Assembly: GCA_024644515.1 (NCBI GenBank)
Contig: JAHEHN010000021.1
Location: 8,338 to 72,337 of the forward strand
DNA: 64,000 nt
Direction: 5' to 3'
Source: Gammaproteobacteria bacterium
GTDB lineage: Bacteria > Pseudomonadota > Gammaproteobacteria > Pseudomonadales > Pseudohongiellaceae
Shown here: positions 13,393 through 23,215 of the stretch, in pieces
Layout: each line of letters begins with the position of its first letter
How positions within the stretch are numbered: position 1 is the stretch's first letter
Notes under the pieces: model-generated
What the model was told of the DNA's origin: nothing
Seen by the model: only the letters and a program-made list of their open reading frames with translations
Databases searched by the model: none
Made by a program: the position numbers and the translations under genes

Positions 13393-15347
13393 CAGGCAAT
13401 TTTATTCTTTCGCTCAATTTCCTGATCTGGAATGCTGCCGGGTGAAGTTTTTTTATGTTGGTGTTTTTTCAGATACACCAGCAACAGGGAGATGGCAGCC
13501 GGCGTCATACCGGGTATTCGTGATGCTTGTCCTATACTTGAGGGTTGCACCTGCGCCAGCTTCTGTTTCAGTTCGCTGGAAAGACCAGGGATATCCTGAT
13601 AACTGAAATCATCGGCAATTGAAGTATTTTCATGGCCTTTCATTTTCTCAATTTCAGCATGTTGGCGATTTATATACCCTTGATACTTGATACGTATTTC
13701 AACCTGTTCGGCAACGAGAGCATCGGGCACATTCGCCAGAATACCTTCATCAATACAAGCCTGGTTCAGTGCCGATAGCGTCACTCTGGGTCGCGATAAA
13801 ATATCCGCAAGTGTATATTCATGAATCAGGGGTTTTTCCAGAAGTTTGTTAATTTTCTCACTCAGAGAACCGCTGGTCTGAACCCATGTAGCTGATAATC
13901 TTGCTGACTCGTCGGCCACCTGGATCTGCTTTTGTGAAAAAGTCTGCCAGCGTTCCTCGTCCACCAGGCCGAGATCTCTACCTATTTCAGTCAATCGAAA
14001 ATCCGCATTATCCTGTCTCAGCATAAGGCGATACTCTGCTCTTGAGGTAAACATTCGATAAGGTTCCTGGGTGCCTCTGCTGATCAGGTCATCCACCAGA
14101 ACCCCGATATAGGCCTCATCCCTTCCAGGACACCAAAGATCTTTTTCCTGTATCGCCAGCGCAGCATTAATACCTGCCAGTAAGCCTTGGGCACCGGCTT
14201 CTTCATAGCCAGTAGTACCATTTATCTGCCCCGCAAAATACAGGCCTTTTATAAATTTGGTTTCCAGAGCATAGGTCAGATCCCGGGGATCAAAAAAATC
14301 ATATTCAATCGCATATCCAGGACGCACGATACGGGCATTTTCAAATCCGCTTATGCTGGCGATTAGCTGTTCCTGGACTTCATAGGGCAGACTGGTAGAG
14401 ATACCGTTCGGATAAAGTTCACGGCTGTTAAGACCTTCCGGCTCAACAAATATCTGGTGGCTGGACTTGTCAGCAAACCTGACAACCTTGTCTTCAATAG
14501 AGGGGCAATAGCGAGGGCCTACGCCTTCAATTTCTCCACTGTACATGGGTGAAAACGCCAGTCCTTGCTGGATAATTTCGTGGCTTCGCTCATTTGTGGC
14601 AGTAATGTAACAGCTTACCTGGCGCGGATGCTGCTCGACTTTGCCCAGATAGGACATGACTGGCAAAGGGGTATCGCCTGGCTGCTCGGTCATTTTCGAA
14701 AAATCAACGCTATCGGCATCAATTCGCGGCGGCGTTCCAGTTTTCAAACGACCCACATTGAATGGCAACTCTCGTAACCTGTCTGCCAGCGCAATTGAGG
14801 GTTCATCACCCGCTCTGCCACCAGCATGGTTTTTCAAACCAATATGAATTTTCCCCCAAAGAAAGGTCCCTGTGGTCAGAATAACCCGGGGCGCAAAAAA
14901 CCGCAGACCCATCTGGGTAACAATTCCCCGAACAGACTCCCCTTCAATGATGAGATCATCCACCGCCTGCTGAAAAATACTTAAGTTGTTCTGGGATTCC
15001 AGCATGTGACGAATGGCGGCTTTGTAGAGAGCTCGATCTGCCTGCGCCCTGGTGGCCCTCACCGCCGGTCCTTTACTCGCATTAAGCGTTCGAAAATGAA
15101 TCCCCGCCAGATCAGCTGCTATGGCCATGGCTCCGCCAAGAGCGTCAATCTCTTTAACAAGATGGGTTTTGCCAATGCCGCCAATTGCCGGGTTACAGGA
15201 CATCTGGCCCAGCGTGTCAATATTGTGGGTAACAAGTAATGTTTTAACTCCCATACGGGCAGCTGCCAGCGCTGCCTCAGTGCCTGCATGACCACCACCG
15301 ACGACAATTACGTCGAATGTTTGCGTCTTTTTATCCGGCTTGCTCAT
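13392..15347 (-). CDS. mnmG: tRNA uridine 5-carboxymethylaminomethyl modification enzyme
   Basis: 651 aa with the FAD motif [19 protein letters not shown] near the N-terminus. GidA-like throughout. Confidence 0.98.
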   Translation of the reverse strand: MSKPDKKTQTFDVIVVGGGHAGTEAALAAARMGVKTLLVTHNIDTLGQMSCNPAIGGIGKTHLVKEIDALGGAMAIAADLAGIHFRTLNASKGPAVRATRAQADRALYKAAIRHMLESQNNLSIFQQAVDDLIIEGESVRGIVTQMGLRFFAPRVILTTGTFLWGKIHIGLKNHAGGRAGDEPSIALADRLRELPFNVGRLKTGTPPRIDADSVDFSKMTEQPGDTPLPVMSYLGKVEQHPRQVSCYITATNERSHEIIQQGLAFSPMYSGEIEGVGPRYCPSIEDKVVRFADKSSHQIFVEPEGLNSRELYPNGISTSLPYEVQEQLIASISGFENARIVRPGYAIEYDFFDPRDLTYALETKFIKGLYFAGQINGTTGYEEAGAQGLLAGINAALAIQEKDLWCPGRDEAYIGVLVDDLISRGTQEPYRMFTSRAEYRLMLRQDNADFRLTEIGRDLGLVDEERWQTFSQKQIQVADESARLSATWVQTSGSLSEKINKLLEKPLIHEYTLADILSRPRVTLSALNQACIDEGILANVPDALVAEQVEIRIKYQGYINRQHAEIEKMKGHENTSIADDFSYQDIPGLSSELKQKLAQVQPSSIGQASRIPGMTPAAISLLLVYLKKHQHKKTSPGSIPDQEIERKNKIA

Positions 15348-15483
15348 AGGGTTTTCGTTATGGGTTAATCATTGTTAGCCTGTATTTACCTTACCACTGA
15401 TTTCACAGGCGGGTAAAAAAGGGGTGCTAAGTATAAGCATTTCATTCCAAAAATGAAGGAAAATAATTTTGCCCTTCAATGGG

Positions 15484-15547
15484 TAATTAAATATATATAA
15501 ATAGATATATATAGAAGAATATATATTTAATGTTATTACTACTATTA
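15484..15547. other. Extreme AT block (possible DNA-unwinding element or promoter UP region)
   Basis: Only 6 G/C in 64 nt, with reiterated ATATATA units (aaatatatataaat / agatatatata / gaatatatattt). Lies inside the 528-bp mnmG-mnmE spacer. Confidence 0.4.
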
Positions 15548-15875
15548 GCAAGGGCTTATCCTGTTAATAATCCAGTTTATTCCAGTACTATCAAAAGCTT
15601 GATAAGCATCTAACGTTGTGGGCAGGCTGCCATTAAACTGACTTAAAGGTATGTATTAAGGGATGATAACTATCGTAGTTATACAGCAAGACAAAGCCGA
15701 GAAATTCCGTACACAAACTATCCTGCCTGTGAGCCACTTTTTCCACAATTTAATAGAGCATATAAAAATTCAATCCTGGTTTGAAATCTGGGCAGGAGTG
15801 TTGAGGGTAAAGCTGGGGGTAACAATATTGAAAGGCGTGGAAAAGAGGTGAATAGCTTCATAACTTTTTGAAATA

Positions 15876-17246
15876 TTATTTACCGATACAAAAACTGGAG
15901 AAAATTTCTCCCAGTAGATCATCAGAGCTATATTTCCCTGTTATTGCTTCCAGCGCCAGGTGAGCTTCACGCATATCTTCTGCCACCAGTTCACCCGCTT
16001 TACTGGTGGTTAATTCTTCAAGCCCGGAGATGAGAAAACCACGTGATTTTTCCAGCGCATCAAGATGGCGTCGACGAGAAATAAAGCCCCCTTCCACAGA
16101 GGTGTTGAGTCCGGCAAACTCTTTAAGCGTGGTTTTTAACGATTCTATTCCCGCGCCGGATTTGGCGGACAAATGAACACAGCTGTATGTGCCTGACAAG
16201 TCCTCGTTATGTACAGAGGAGTGCTCATTTAGATCTGTTTTATTAAAGACCAGAATCAGGTTTAGTGAATCCTCCATAACATTTTTTATGGCAGCTATCA
16301 GCTCGTTAGATTCAGGATCAAATGCTTTGGTGGCATCAACAACAAGCAGGACAAGATCGGCCTCAGTTATTTCTTTCCAGGCTCTTTTGATGCCCTCCTG
16401 TTCAACAATATCGTTACTGTTGTGCAATCCAGCGGTATCAATAATGTGCAGAGGCATTCCATCGATGGAGATATGTTCCTTCAAGGTGTCTCTGGTTGTG
16501 CCGGCGATGTCAGTAACAATTGCTCTGGACTGTCCTGCCAGAACATTAAGCAAACTTGATTTACCGGCATTGGGCTCACCGGCAATAACGACATGTAAAC
16601 CATTTTTCATGATGGTGCCGTGCCTGGCTTTGGCCAGTACCTCATCAAGGCGACGTAATATTGCAATAAGTCTGTTTTCAACATCACCTTCTCCGAGAAA
16701 GTCGACCTCTTCCTCAGGAAAATCCATCGCGGCTTCTATATATTTTCTCAATTCCAGAATACTGCTGATAAGCGAATTAATGAGAGTAGAGAATTCACCC
16801 TGAAGTGAGCGAATGGCAAAGCGCGCAGCTTCCATAGAGTTACTTTCTATCAGGTCTGCAATGGCCTCTGCCTGAGCCAGGTCAATTTTGTCATTTAGAA
16901 AGGCTCGCTCTGAAAACTCTCCGGGGTTTGCCAGGCGAACGCCCTGTGAAAGAATTTCCTGTAATAACATATCGACAACAAAAGGTCCGCCATGGGCCTG
17001 TATTTCAACAACATCTTCTCCGGTGAAAGAGTCAGGTCCCGGGAAAAATAGAGAAATTCCATTATCAATAACTTCACCACTGGCGCTATAAAAAGCGCCA
17101 TAATGTGCATGACGGGGCAACAGTTGGAGGGAGGTCAGTTTCTCAGCTACCTGATAAGAACAAGCGCCGGATATTCTTATAACACTAATACCACCGCGAC
17201 CAGATGGCGTGGCGACTGCACAGATTGTTTCGCTACTGACAGCCAT
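15876..17246 (-). CDS. mnmE: tRNA modification GTPase
   Basis: 456 aa with G1 motif GEPNAGKSSLLN and the C-terminal FCIGK tail typical of MnmE/TrmE. Confidence 0.97.
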   Translation of the reverse strand: MAVSSETICAVATPSGRGGISVIRISGACSYQVAEKLTSLQLLPRHAHYGAFYSASGEVIDNGISLFFPGPDSFTGEDVVEIQAHGGPFVVDMLLQEILSQGVRLANPGEFSERAFLNDKIDLAQAEAIADLIESNSMEAARFAIRSLQGEFSTLINSLISSILELRKYIEAAMDFPEEEVDFLGEGDVENRLIAILRRLDEVLAKARHGTIMKNGLHVVIAGEPNAGKSSLLNVLAGQSRAIVTDIAGTTRDTLKEHISIDGMPLHIIDTAGLHNSNDIVEQEGIKRAWKEITEADLVLLVVDATKAFDPESNELIAAIKNVMEDSLNLILVFNKTDLNEHSSVHNEDLSGTYSCVHLSAKSGAGIESLKTTLKEFAGLNTSVEGGFISRRRHLDALEKSRGFLISGLEELTTSKAGELVAEDMREAHLALEAITGKYSSDDLLGEIFSSFCIGK

Positions 17247-17267
17247 GAACTATTCCGAAAGTGTTTA

Positions 17268-18980
17268 TCAGGATCTTTTAGGTTTGTAGGATCTTTCCAC
17301 CTGCTTGGTAATAATCCATTGTTGCAGTATGGAAAGCACACTGTTCGCCGTGTAGTAAAGCACGAGACCAGCTGGAAACCAGAGGAAAAATACCATAAAA
17401 ATTAGCGGCATAAATTTCATCATTTTAGCCTGGGCCGGATCAGCGGTTTGCATGGGAGTCAGCATTTGCTGCACAAACATTGCGCCGCCCATCAGGATAG
17501 GCAAAATAAAATACGGGTCCATTTGAGAAAGGTCGTCATACCAGAGAATGAAAGAGGCCTGACGTAATTCAACGCTTTCATTAAGTACCCAGTAAATTCC
17601 CAGAAAAACCGGCATCTGCAACAACATGGGTAAACAGCCGCCAAAAGGATTCACTTTCTCTTTTTTCCACAACTCCATTTGTGCCTGCATGAATTTCTGT
17701 TTGTCATCGCCATAGCGATCTTTCAGGTCATTAATTTTTGGAGCCAGACGTCTCATCTTGGCCATAGATTTGAGACTTTTTGCTGATAAGGGATAAAGGA
17801 TTATTTTTATCACCAGCGTAAGCAGCAAAATGGAAAGGCCGTAGTTGCCAACAAGATCATTGATTTGTGTAAGCAGCCAGAAAATCGGTGAGGCAATAAA
17901 ATAAAACAAACCATAGTCAATTGTCAGACCCAGGCTGGGTGAGATTTCATCCAGACGGTATTGATCTTTCGGCCCGGCCCAAAAACCAGCTTCTATGCTG
18001 CCAGATTGTCCAGGCGCTACTGTAATTGGCGGATTGACGAAGGTAAGCAGGTACTGACCCTGATTATTGAACCGCATGGTATAGGTATTGTTGGTATCCG
18101 CATTGGGAATCCAGCTACCTAAAAAGTAATGCTGTGAGAAAGCAATCCAGCCGCCACTGGTTTGAAGCGGCTCTACCCCATCATCGATGTCTTCGAAATC
18201 ATATTTTACGTAGGGGTCATCCGGTGTATATATAGCGGCGCCAAGATAGGTGTTAACCCTGAATCCGCCAGTCTGGCTTGGATCATCCGCATCGTCTCTT
18301 TTAATCTGACCGAACATATTGCCCTGCCAGGAACTATTGCTTCTATTGTTAACCAGGTACTGCACACCAATCAGGTAATCATCAACGGAAAAAACAAAAC
18401 GTTTGGTGATATCTATGCCGCCTTGAGCAGTGAAAGTCAGATCAACATACTGCTCATCACTGGTTATTGTGTAGTCGCTTTGAGCTGACCTGTATAAAGG
18501 CCTGCCCTGAGGGCTCGAATCCGGACCGTCTCGTCCAATAAGGCCACTTTGAGCGACATAAACCATTCCTGAATCCTGCCTTAGCAGCGGGAAGGGGCTG
18601 TCAGGTGTTTCCATGGAGATGGGAAAGTCCGGCAATGACAGACCGACGATATCGCCACCTTTAAGATCGACAGTGACAATTTGTTTTGGAGTGTTAATAG
18701 TTATTATTTGAGTTGGGTTTGGTGTTTCAACTGCTTCTATCGCGGCAACTTCTCCAGAAACCGGGATATCAGGCAAATCGTTTTCATTTGTTTCTGACGC
18801 CGTGGCAGACAGCGGCAAGTCTGGAACCTGGCCTGCACCGGAATCAGCAATTTCTGCAGATGGGCTTTCCTCAATCGAGGCAGAAGGAGCGTTCGGGGGA
18901 TAATCCTCGTTCCATGCCAGTAACATCAGGTAACTGACAACCGCCAGTCCCACCAGAATCAGATTACGTTTAATGTCCAT
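17268..18980 (-). CDS. yidC: Membrane protein insertase YidC
   Basis: 570 aa: N-terminal TM helix, large periplasmic domain, C-terminal five-TM 60-kDa insertase core. Confidence 0.96.
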   Translation of the reverse strand: MDIKRNLILVGLAVVSYLMLLAWNEDYPPNAPSASIEESPSAEIADSGAGQVPDLPLSATASETNENDLPDIPVSGEVAAIEAVETPNPTQIITINTPKQIVTVDLKGGDIVGLSLPDFPISMETPDSPFPLLRQDSGMVYVAQSGLIGRDGPDSSPQGRPLYRSAQSDYTITSDEQYVDLTFTAQGGIDITKRFVFSVDDYLIGVQYLVNNRSNSSWQGNMFGQIKRDDADDPSQTGGFRVNTYLGAAIYTPDDPYVKYDFEDIDDGVEPLQTSGGWIAFSQHYFLGSWIPNADTNNTYTMRFNNQGQYLLTFVNPPITVAPGQSGSIEAGFWAGPKDQYRLDEISPSLGLTIDYGLFYFIASPIFWLLTQINDLVGNYGLSILLLTLVIKIILYPLSAKSLKSMAKMRRLAPKINDLKDRYGDDKQKFMQAQMELWKKEKVNPFGGCLPMLLQMPVFLGIYWVLNESVELRQASFILWYDDLSQMDPYFILPILMGGAMFVQQMLTPMQTADPAQAKMMKFMPLIFMVFFLWFPAGLVLYYTANSVLSILQQWIITKQVERSYKPKRS

Positions 18981-19308
18981 GGTGGAGTAGGGATTCCTTA
19001 GTTGAAGAATTTTTACTGGAGGTAGATTTGTTCAGTTCTGCATCGCGTTCACAATCATCGTGACTGCCATGTAAACCAATGGAATGTGAGCACGCCCCTG
19101 CGGGCACAAGGTCTATCCCACCCTCATTAAAAGGATGACACCGGGTAAATCTGCGCAAACTCAACCATAAACCTTTCGCGGCGCCATGGGTTTCTACGGC
19201 CTGGATAAAATAACTGGAACACGAGGGATAAAAACGGCAATGGGGCCCGAACAGGGGACTTAAAAACCGTTGGTAAAAATGAGCAAGAGAGGTAAGAATT
19301 TTAACCAT
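18970..19308 (-). CDS. yidD: Membrane protein insertion efficiency factor YidD
   Basis: The sequence RFYPSCSSYFIQAVETHGAAKG...RCHPF is a YidD signature. At 112 aa it has a His/Ser-rich C-terminal tail that overlaps the yidC start by 11 nt. Confidence 0.9.
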   Translation of the reverse strand: MVKILTSLAHFYQRFLSPLFGPHCRFYPSCSSYFIQAVETHGAAKGLWLSLRRFTRCHPFNEGGIDLVPAGACSHSIGLHGSHDDCERDAELNKSTSSKNSSTKESLLHHGH

Positions 19309-19317
19309 GAGATATTT

Positions 19318-19686
19318 TCAGATTGAAGGCTTCTTTTTTTCTATCTCTTTTATTAAATCATGGATGTATATCAGGCATTCACTGTTTTCAAGGTCTTCTA
19401 GCCCTTTTCGGGTCATCACCACAAGATCGATTGGCGCTAATGCGTTTTTTCTCAATCTGAAAACTTCCCTAAGCAGACGCTTGATGCGGTTGCGCTGGTT
19501 TGCCCGGGCAATATTTTTCTTGGCTACGATTACGCCCATTCGCGCCTGTTGATACTCTGTCCATCGTCCCAGGATCAAAAAATATTTATTGGAAACCCTG
19601 ACATCGGGCTTTTTAAATACTTTTTCGTAAGCTTGGGAATCCAACAGGCGGCAAGATTTGGGGAATCGCTGATCCACCACTGACAT
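19318..19686 (-). CDS. rnpA: RNase P protein component
   Basis: Basic protein containing RNRIKRLLRE. The likely start is the ATG at 19686 (122 aa); the track ORF extends to 19740 into the rpmH 3' end. Confidence 0.92.
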   Translation of the reverse strand: MSVVDQRFPKSCRLLDSQAYEKVFKKPDVRVSNKYFLILGRWTEYQQARMGVIVAKKNIARANQRNRIKRLLREVFRLRKNALAPIDLVVMTRKGLEDLENSECLIYIHDLIKEIEKKKPSI

Positions 19687-19736
19687 TTCTCCCGTTGTCT
19701 GGGGCTGATTTGCCCGGTACAGGGGGTGCCCCGATA

Positions 19737-19871
19737 TCAAGCGGACAGTCTGGCGCGGCCTTTTGCTCGTCGACGGTTCAGTACATGTTTTCCGCCCTTG
19801 GTAGCCATACGGGACCTGAAACCATGAGTTCTTTTGCGTTTGATGACGCTTGGTTGAAAGGTTCTTTTCAT
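19737..19871 (-). CDS. rpmH: 50S ribosomal protein L34
   Basis: Absent from the ORF track because it is under 60 aa. Hand translation from the ATG at 19871 gives [44 protein letters not shown], with stop at 19737-19739. Confidence 0.97.
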   Translation of the reverse strand: MKRTFQPSVIKRKRTHGFRSRMATKGGKHVLNRRRAKGRARLSA

Positions 19872-20173
19872 TTTAATTCCTGGAAAAGTCGCACAATTTA
19901 TTTGTTAGCTTTACCGCCAAAACCCCAAGGTTGCAGCGTTGGCTGGTAGCCCTAAAAAAGGGATGCGAATTCTAATGGGTTTCCCTGCATAATGCAATTT
20001 CAACTCTGCACAGCATCAAGCAATTTTGAGGGTGTTAATAACGACGATTAGCTTTCTGTGCAATGTGCCTGTAAAAATCTGAAAACCCGAAATCCTGAAA
20101 CGAAGAATATAGTCCTAATTTCGCACATTACGAGACTCATCAGCGGCTATGAAATAGGATGTTTTTTAACCTG

Positions 20174-20256
20174 AAAAATCATCCTCTGACAACCCACAAC
20201 TTATCCACAACTTGCACACAGGGGTTGTCGTGTTCAAGGTGCAAAAATCATCCTCT
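20174..20256. repeat. Nested repeat architecture around a DnaA box
   Basis: A 14-nt direct repeat aaaaatcatcctct occurs at 20174-20187 and 20243-20256. Inside it, an 8-bp inverted repeat gacaaccc (20188-20195) / gggttgtc (20222-20229) brackets the DnaA box at 20201. Confidence 0.7.
20201..20209 (+). promoter_or_regulatory. DnaA box, perfect consensus TTATCCACA
   Basis: Exact 9-mer in the rpmH-dnaA spacer. Confidence 0.85.
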
Positions 20257-20349
20257 TTTTTAGTCTATGATTATCAGCAAAAACAATATAACTAATTGAT
20301 AATATTAAATAAAAACCAAGAAGAAATAAATGAAAAAAAGACGTTTTTG

Positions 20350-20358
20350 TGTGGATAA
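20350..20358 (-). promoter_or_regulatory. DnaA box, perfect consensus (TGTGGATAA on the plus strand)
   Basis: Exact 9-mer about 35-75 nt upstream of the candidate dnaA starts. Immediately follows an AT-rich stretch at about 20263-20349. Confidence 0.85.
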
Positions 20359-20380
20359 CAACGGTGCCAGTGGGTAGAAT
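20352..20380 (+). promoter_or_regulatory. Candidate sigma70 promoter of dnaA overlapping a DnaA box
   Basis: TGGATA (20352-20357), 17-nt spacer, TAGAAT (20375-20380). The -35 element lies inside the DnaA box, the classic autoregulatory layout. Pattern match only. Confidence 0.3.
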
Positions 20381-20391
20381 TTATCAATAAT

Positions 20392-22035
20392 TTGACAACC
20401 AACAATAAAAAAATCGGAGTCGTGCCAATCGTGATTGTTGCCAGCTGGCAGAAGTGTATTTACTGTCTAAAAAACGAACTTCCTTCTCAACAATTTAATA
20501 CCTGGATCAGACCGTTACGCTTTATAGATGGCGATGATACGCTATATCTACTTGCCCCAAATAAATTTATTCTGGAGTGGGTAAAAGAGCACTTCCTGGA
20601 GCGTATCAAGGAAATTGTTCAAAAAGATCTGCAGCAAAACAATAAAAGTAATAATGAACCAATTGCACCGGCTCATGTGATTCTGGAAATCGCCAGCGCC
20701 GAAAAGCTTCCTGACCATATTTTTCTGGATCAGGCATTAAGCACTGCGGATCTCAATAACTCCCTTGAATCTGATTCCCAGGACACTGATAAGCGTTTTT
20801 CTGCATTCAATTCGCGCTTACGCGACGAGCAGCAAAACCATCACCAGTCCAGATTCGAAAACTCTTCAAAGTCCGGAATAATAGAGGATAGAGGCTCTTC
20901 AGGACTATTTACTGATCAGGCCGAGGAGGCCAGTGACAGCAGGTCCTCCCATTCTGTTGCCAGGGCTAATATATCGATCCCGTCTATGGGTAGCAAAAAC
21001 AGACATCAGCGCTATAAAGGTGAGCTTAACAAAAACTATACTTTTAATAACTTTATTGAAGGTAAATCAAACCAGATTGCCAGAGCGGCAGCCGCTCAAG
21101 TAGCGGATAATCCAGGTGGCGCTTATAACCCACTGTTTATCTATGGCGGCGTGGGGCTTGGTAAAACACATTTGATGCATGCCATAGGCAATCATCTGAT
21201 GGAACAGAACCCGAATGCCAATGTCGTATACCTGCATTCACAAACCTTTGTTGGCAGCATGGTTTCAGCACTGCAATTAAATGCAATCAATGAGTTCAAG
21301 CGTTATTATCACTCCGTAGATGCGCTGCTTATTGATGACATCCAGTTTTTTGCCAACAAGGAGCGTTCACAGGAAGAATTTTTCCATACCTTTAACGCTA
21401 TTTTTGAAGGTGGTCGCCAGATCATCATGACTTGCGACAAATACCATAGTGAAATCAATGGCTTAGAGGAAAGGCTCAAGTCCCGGTTTGGCTGGGGTTT
21501 GTCCGTAGCCGTCGAGCCTCCGGAGCTGGAAACCAGGGCGGCAATCCTGATTAACAAGGCCAACCAGGAACAGGTTTATCTGGCTAATGAAGAAGCCATG
21601 TTTATGGCACAAAAACTTCGTTCCAATGTACGAGAACTTGAAGGGGCATTAAAGAAGGTAATAGCACATACCCGCTTTATGGGATCGGAAATTACTATTC
21701 CTCTTATAAAAGATGCGCTAAAAGACTTATTGGCGATACAGAACAAGCTGATCAGCGTTGACAATATCCAGCGCACTGTCGCCGAATACTACAAGATAAA
21801 AATGGCAGATATGATTTCGAAAAGACGTACCCGCTCCGTTGCCCGTCCACGCCAGGTAGCTATGTGCTTGTCAAAAGAGCTGACCAACCACAGCTTGCCT
21901 GAAATTGGCAATATGTACGGTGGCAGGGATCATACAACGGTAATGCATGCCTGTCGTACCATTAACGATTTGCGTAAATCGTCCTCCGATATTAATGAGG
22001 ATTATCAGAACCTTTTACGCTCGCTATCAAGCTAA
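20392..22035 (+). CDS. dnaA: Chromosomal replication initiator DnaA
   Basis: Carries Walker [11 protein letters not shown] and a C-terminal DnaA-box binding domain. The track start at 20392 is a TTG. The conserved N-terminus ([25 protein letters not shown]) fits better with GTG at 20422 or 20431, downstream of GGAG at 20416-20419. Confidence 0.97.
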   Translation: MTTNNKKIGVVPIVIVASWQKCIYCLKNELPSQQFNTWIRPLRFIDGDDTLYLLAPNKFILEWVKEHFLERIKEIVQKDLQQNNKSNNEPIAPAHVILEIASAEKLPDHIFLDQALSTADLNNSLESDSQDTDKRFSAFNSRLRDEQQNHHQSRFENSSKSGIIEDRGSSGLFTDQAEEASDSRSSHSVARANISIPSMGSKNRHQRYKGELNKNYTFNNFIEGKSNQIARAAAAQVADNPGGAYNPLFIYGGVGLGKTHLMHAIGNHLMEQNPNANVVYLHSQTFVGSMVSALQLNAINEFKRYYHSVDALLIDDIQFFANKERSQEEFFHTFNAIFEGGRQIIMTCDKYHSEINGLEERLKSRFGWGLSVAVEPPELETRAAILINKANQEQVYLANEEAMFMAQKLRSNVRELEGALKKVIAHTRFMGSEITIPLIKDALKDLLAIQNKLISVDNIQRTVAEYYKIKMADMISKRRTRSVARPRQVAMCLSKELTNHSLPEIGNMYGGRDHTTVMHACRTINDLRKSSSDINEDYQNLLRSLSS

Positions 22036-22068
22036 AAATATATAAAAATCAAAGGATTAGTTAAAGCC

Positions 22069-23175
22069 ATGCAATTTGAAATTTCCCGTGAAGCATTGAT
22101 CAAACCCCTGCAGCTGGTCACCGGAGTGGTAGAGAGAAGGCAGACATTGCCGGTCTTGTCCAATGTCCTGCTGTCTCTCGACAACAATCAGCTTTCATTC
22201 ACGGGAACGGACCTGGAAGTTGAGTTAATGGGCAGTGTGGAAGTTGATTCTGGAAAAAGTGATGGGGATATTACTGTTCCCGCCAGAAAATTGATGGATA
22301 TCTGCAAATCCTTACCGGATAGTGCCACGCTGAAGTTTGAGCTGGATAACGATAAATTAAAAATTCAGTCGGGTCGCAGCCGCTTCTCTCTTTCCACCTT
22401 GCCTGCTACAGATTTTCCTGGTGTTGAAGAGTCTTCAGGAACGCTGGAGTTTTCTGCATCGAAAGCTTTGCTTAAAGCCATGCTTCACAATACCAGTTTT
22501 GCTATGGCGCAGCAGGATGTGCGTTATTATCTCAATGGTATGTTAATCGAAGTGAGCCCTGACTATCTCCGTGTAGTAGCTACTGATGGGCATCGATTGG
22601 CGATGCAGACTGAAGGCATGAAATCGGATGTCAGCGAAACGACGGGTGTCATTATTCCTCGTAAGGGTGTGTTGGAGCTAAGTCGACTGCTTTCCGATGG
22701 CGAAGATGAAGATATAAACGTGGTCATTGGGACCAATCATATTCGCGCCACAATGGCTAACTTCACGTTCACCTCCAAACTTGTAGATGGTAAATTTCCA
22801 GACTATAACCGCGTTCTTCCGAAAGGTGGCGATAAGAACGTCATCGCAGGCCGGGAGCAATTGCGGGATTCACTTAACCGAACCGCAATTCTGTCTAATG
22901 AAAAATTCAGAGGGATACGCCTGATTCTATCGAATGATGAGCTAAAGATTATTGCCAATAATCCTGAGCAAGAAGAAGCTGAGGAAACGGTTGCTGTGGA
23001 GTACAAGGGTGACTCTGTAGAAATTGGTTTTAATGTGGTTTATCTGGTGGATGTACTCAGTGTGCTTGATACCGATAATGTTCAAATAATAGTATCAGAT
23101 CCGAATAGTAGCGCCCTGTTACAGTCTTCCGATGATAGCAGTGCCACTTATGTGGTTATGCCCATGAGGCTCTAG
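22069..23175 (+). CDS. dnaN: DNA polymerase III beta sliding clamp
   Basis: 368 aa starting MQFEISREALIKPLQLVTGVVERRQTLPVLSNVLL; ends MPMRL. Confidence 0.98.
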   Translation: MQFEISREALIKPLQLVTGVVERRQTLPVLSNVLLSLDNNQLSFTGTDLEVELMGSVEVDSGKSDGDITVPARKLMDICKSLPDSATLKFELDNDKLKIQSGRSRFSLSTLPATDFPGVEESSGTLEFSASKALLKAMLHNTSFAMAQQDVRYYLNGMLIEVSPDYLRVVATDGHRLAMQTEGMKSDVSETTGVIIPRKGVLELSRLLSDGEDEDINVVIGTNHIRATMANFTFTSKLVDGKFPDYNRVLPKGGDKNVIAGREQLRDSLNRTAILSNEKFRGIRLILSNDELKIIANNPEQEEAEETVAVEYKGDSVEIGFNVVYLVDVLSVLDTDNVQIIVSDPNSSALLQSSDDSSATYVVMPMRL

Positions 23176-23215
23176 TGGGCCAAAACCCACCCCGATCCTC
23201 GCTGCAGGGTGCAAA

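Noticed and set aside
15663-15851. 62-aa ORF in the mnmG-mnmE spacer
   Set aside because: No Shine-Dalgarno sequence and no recognisable motifs, in an AT-rich regulatory spacer where random ORFs are expected.
16189-16803. 204-aa ORF on the plus strand
   Set aside because: Antisense to mnmE. The Ser/Leu-rich translation is typical of a reverse-frame artefact.
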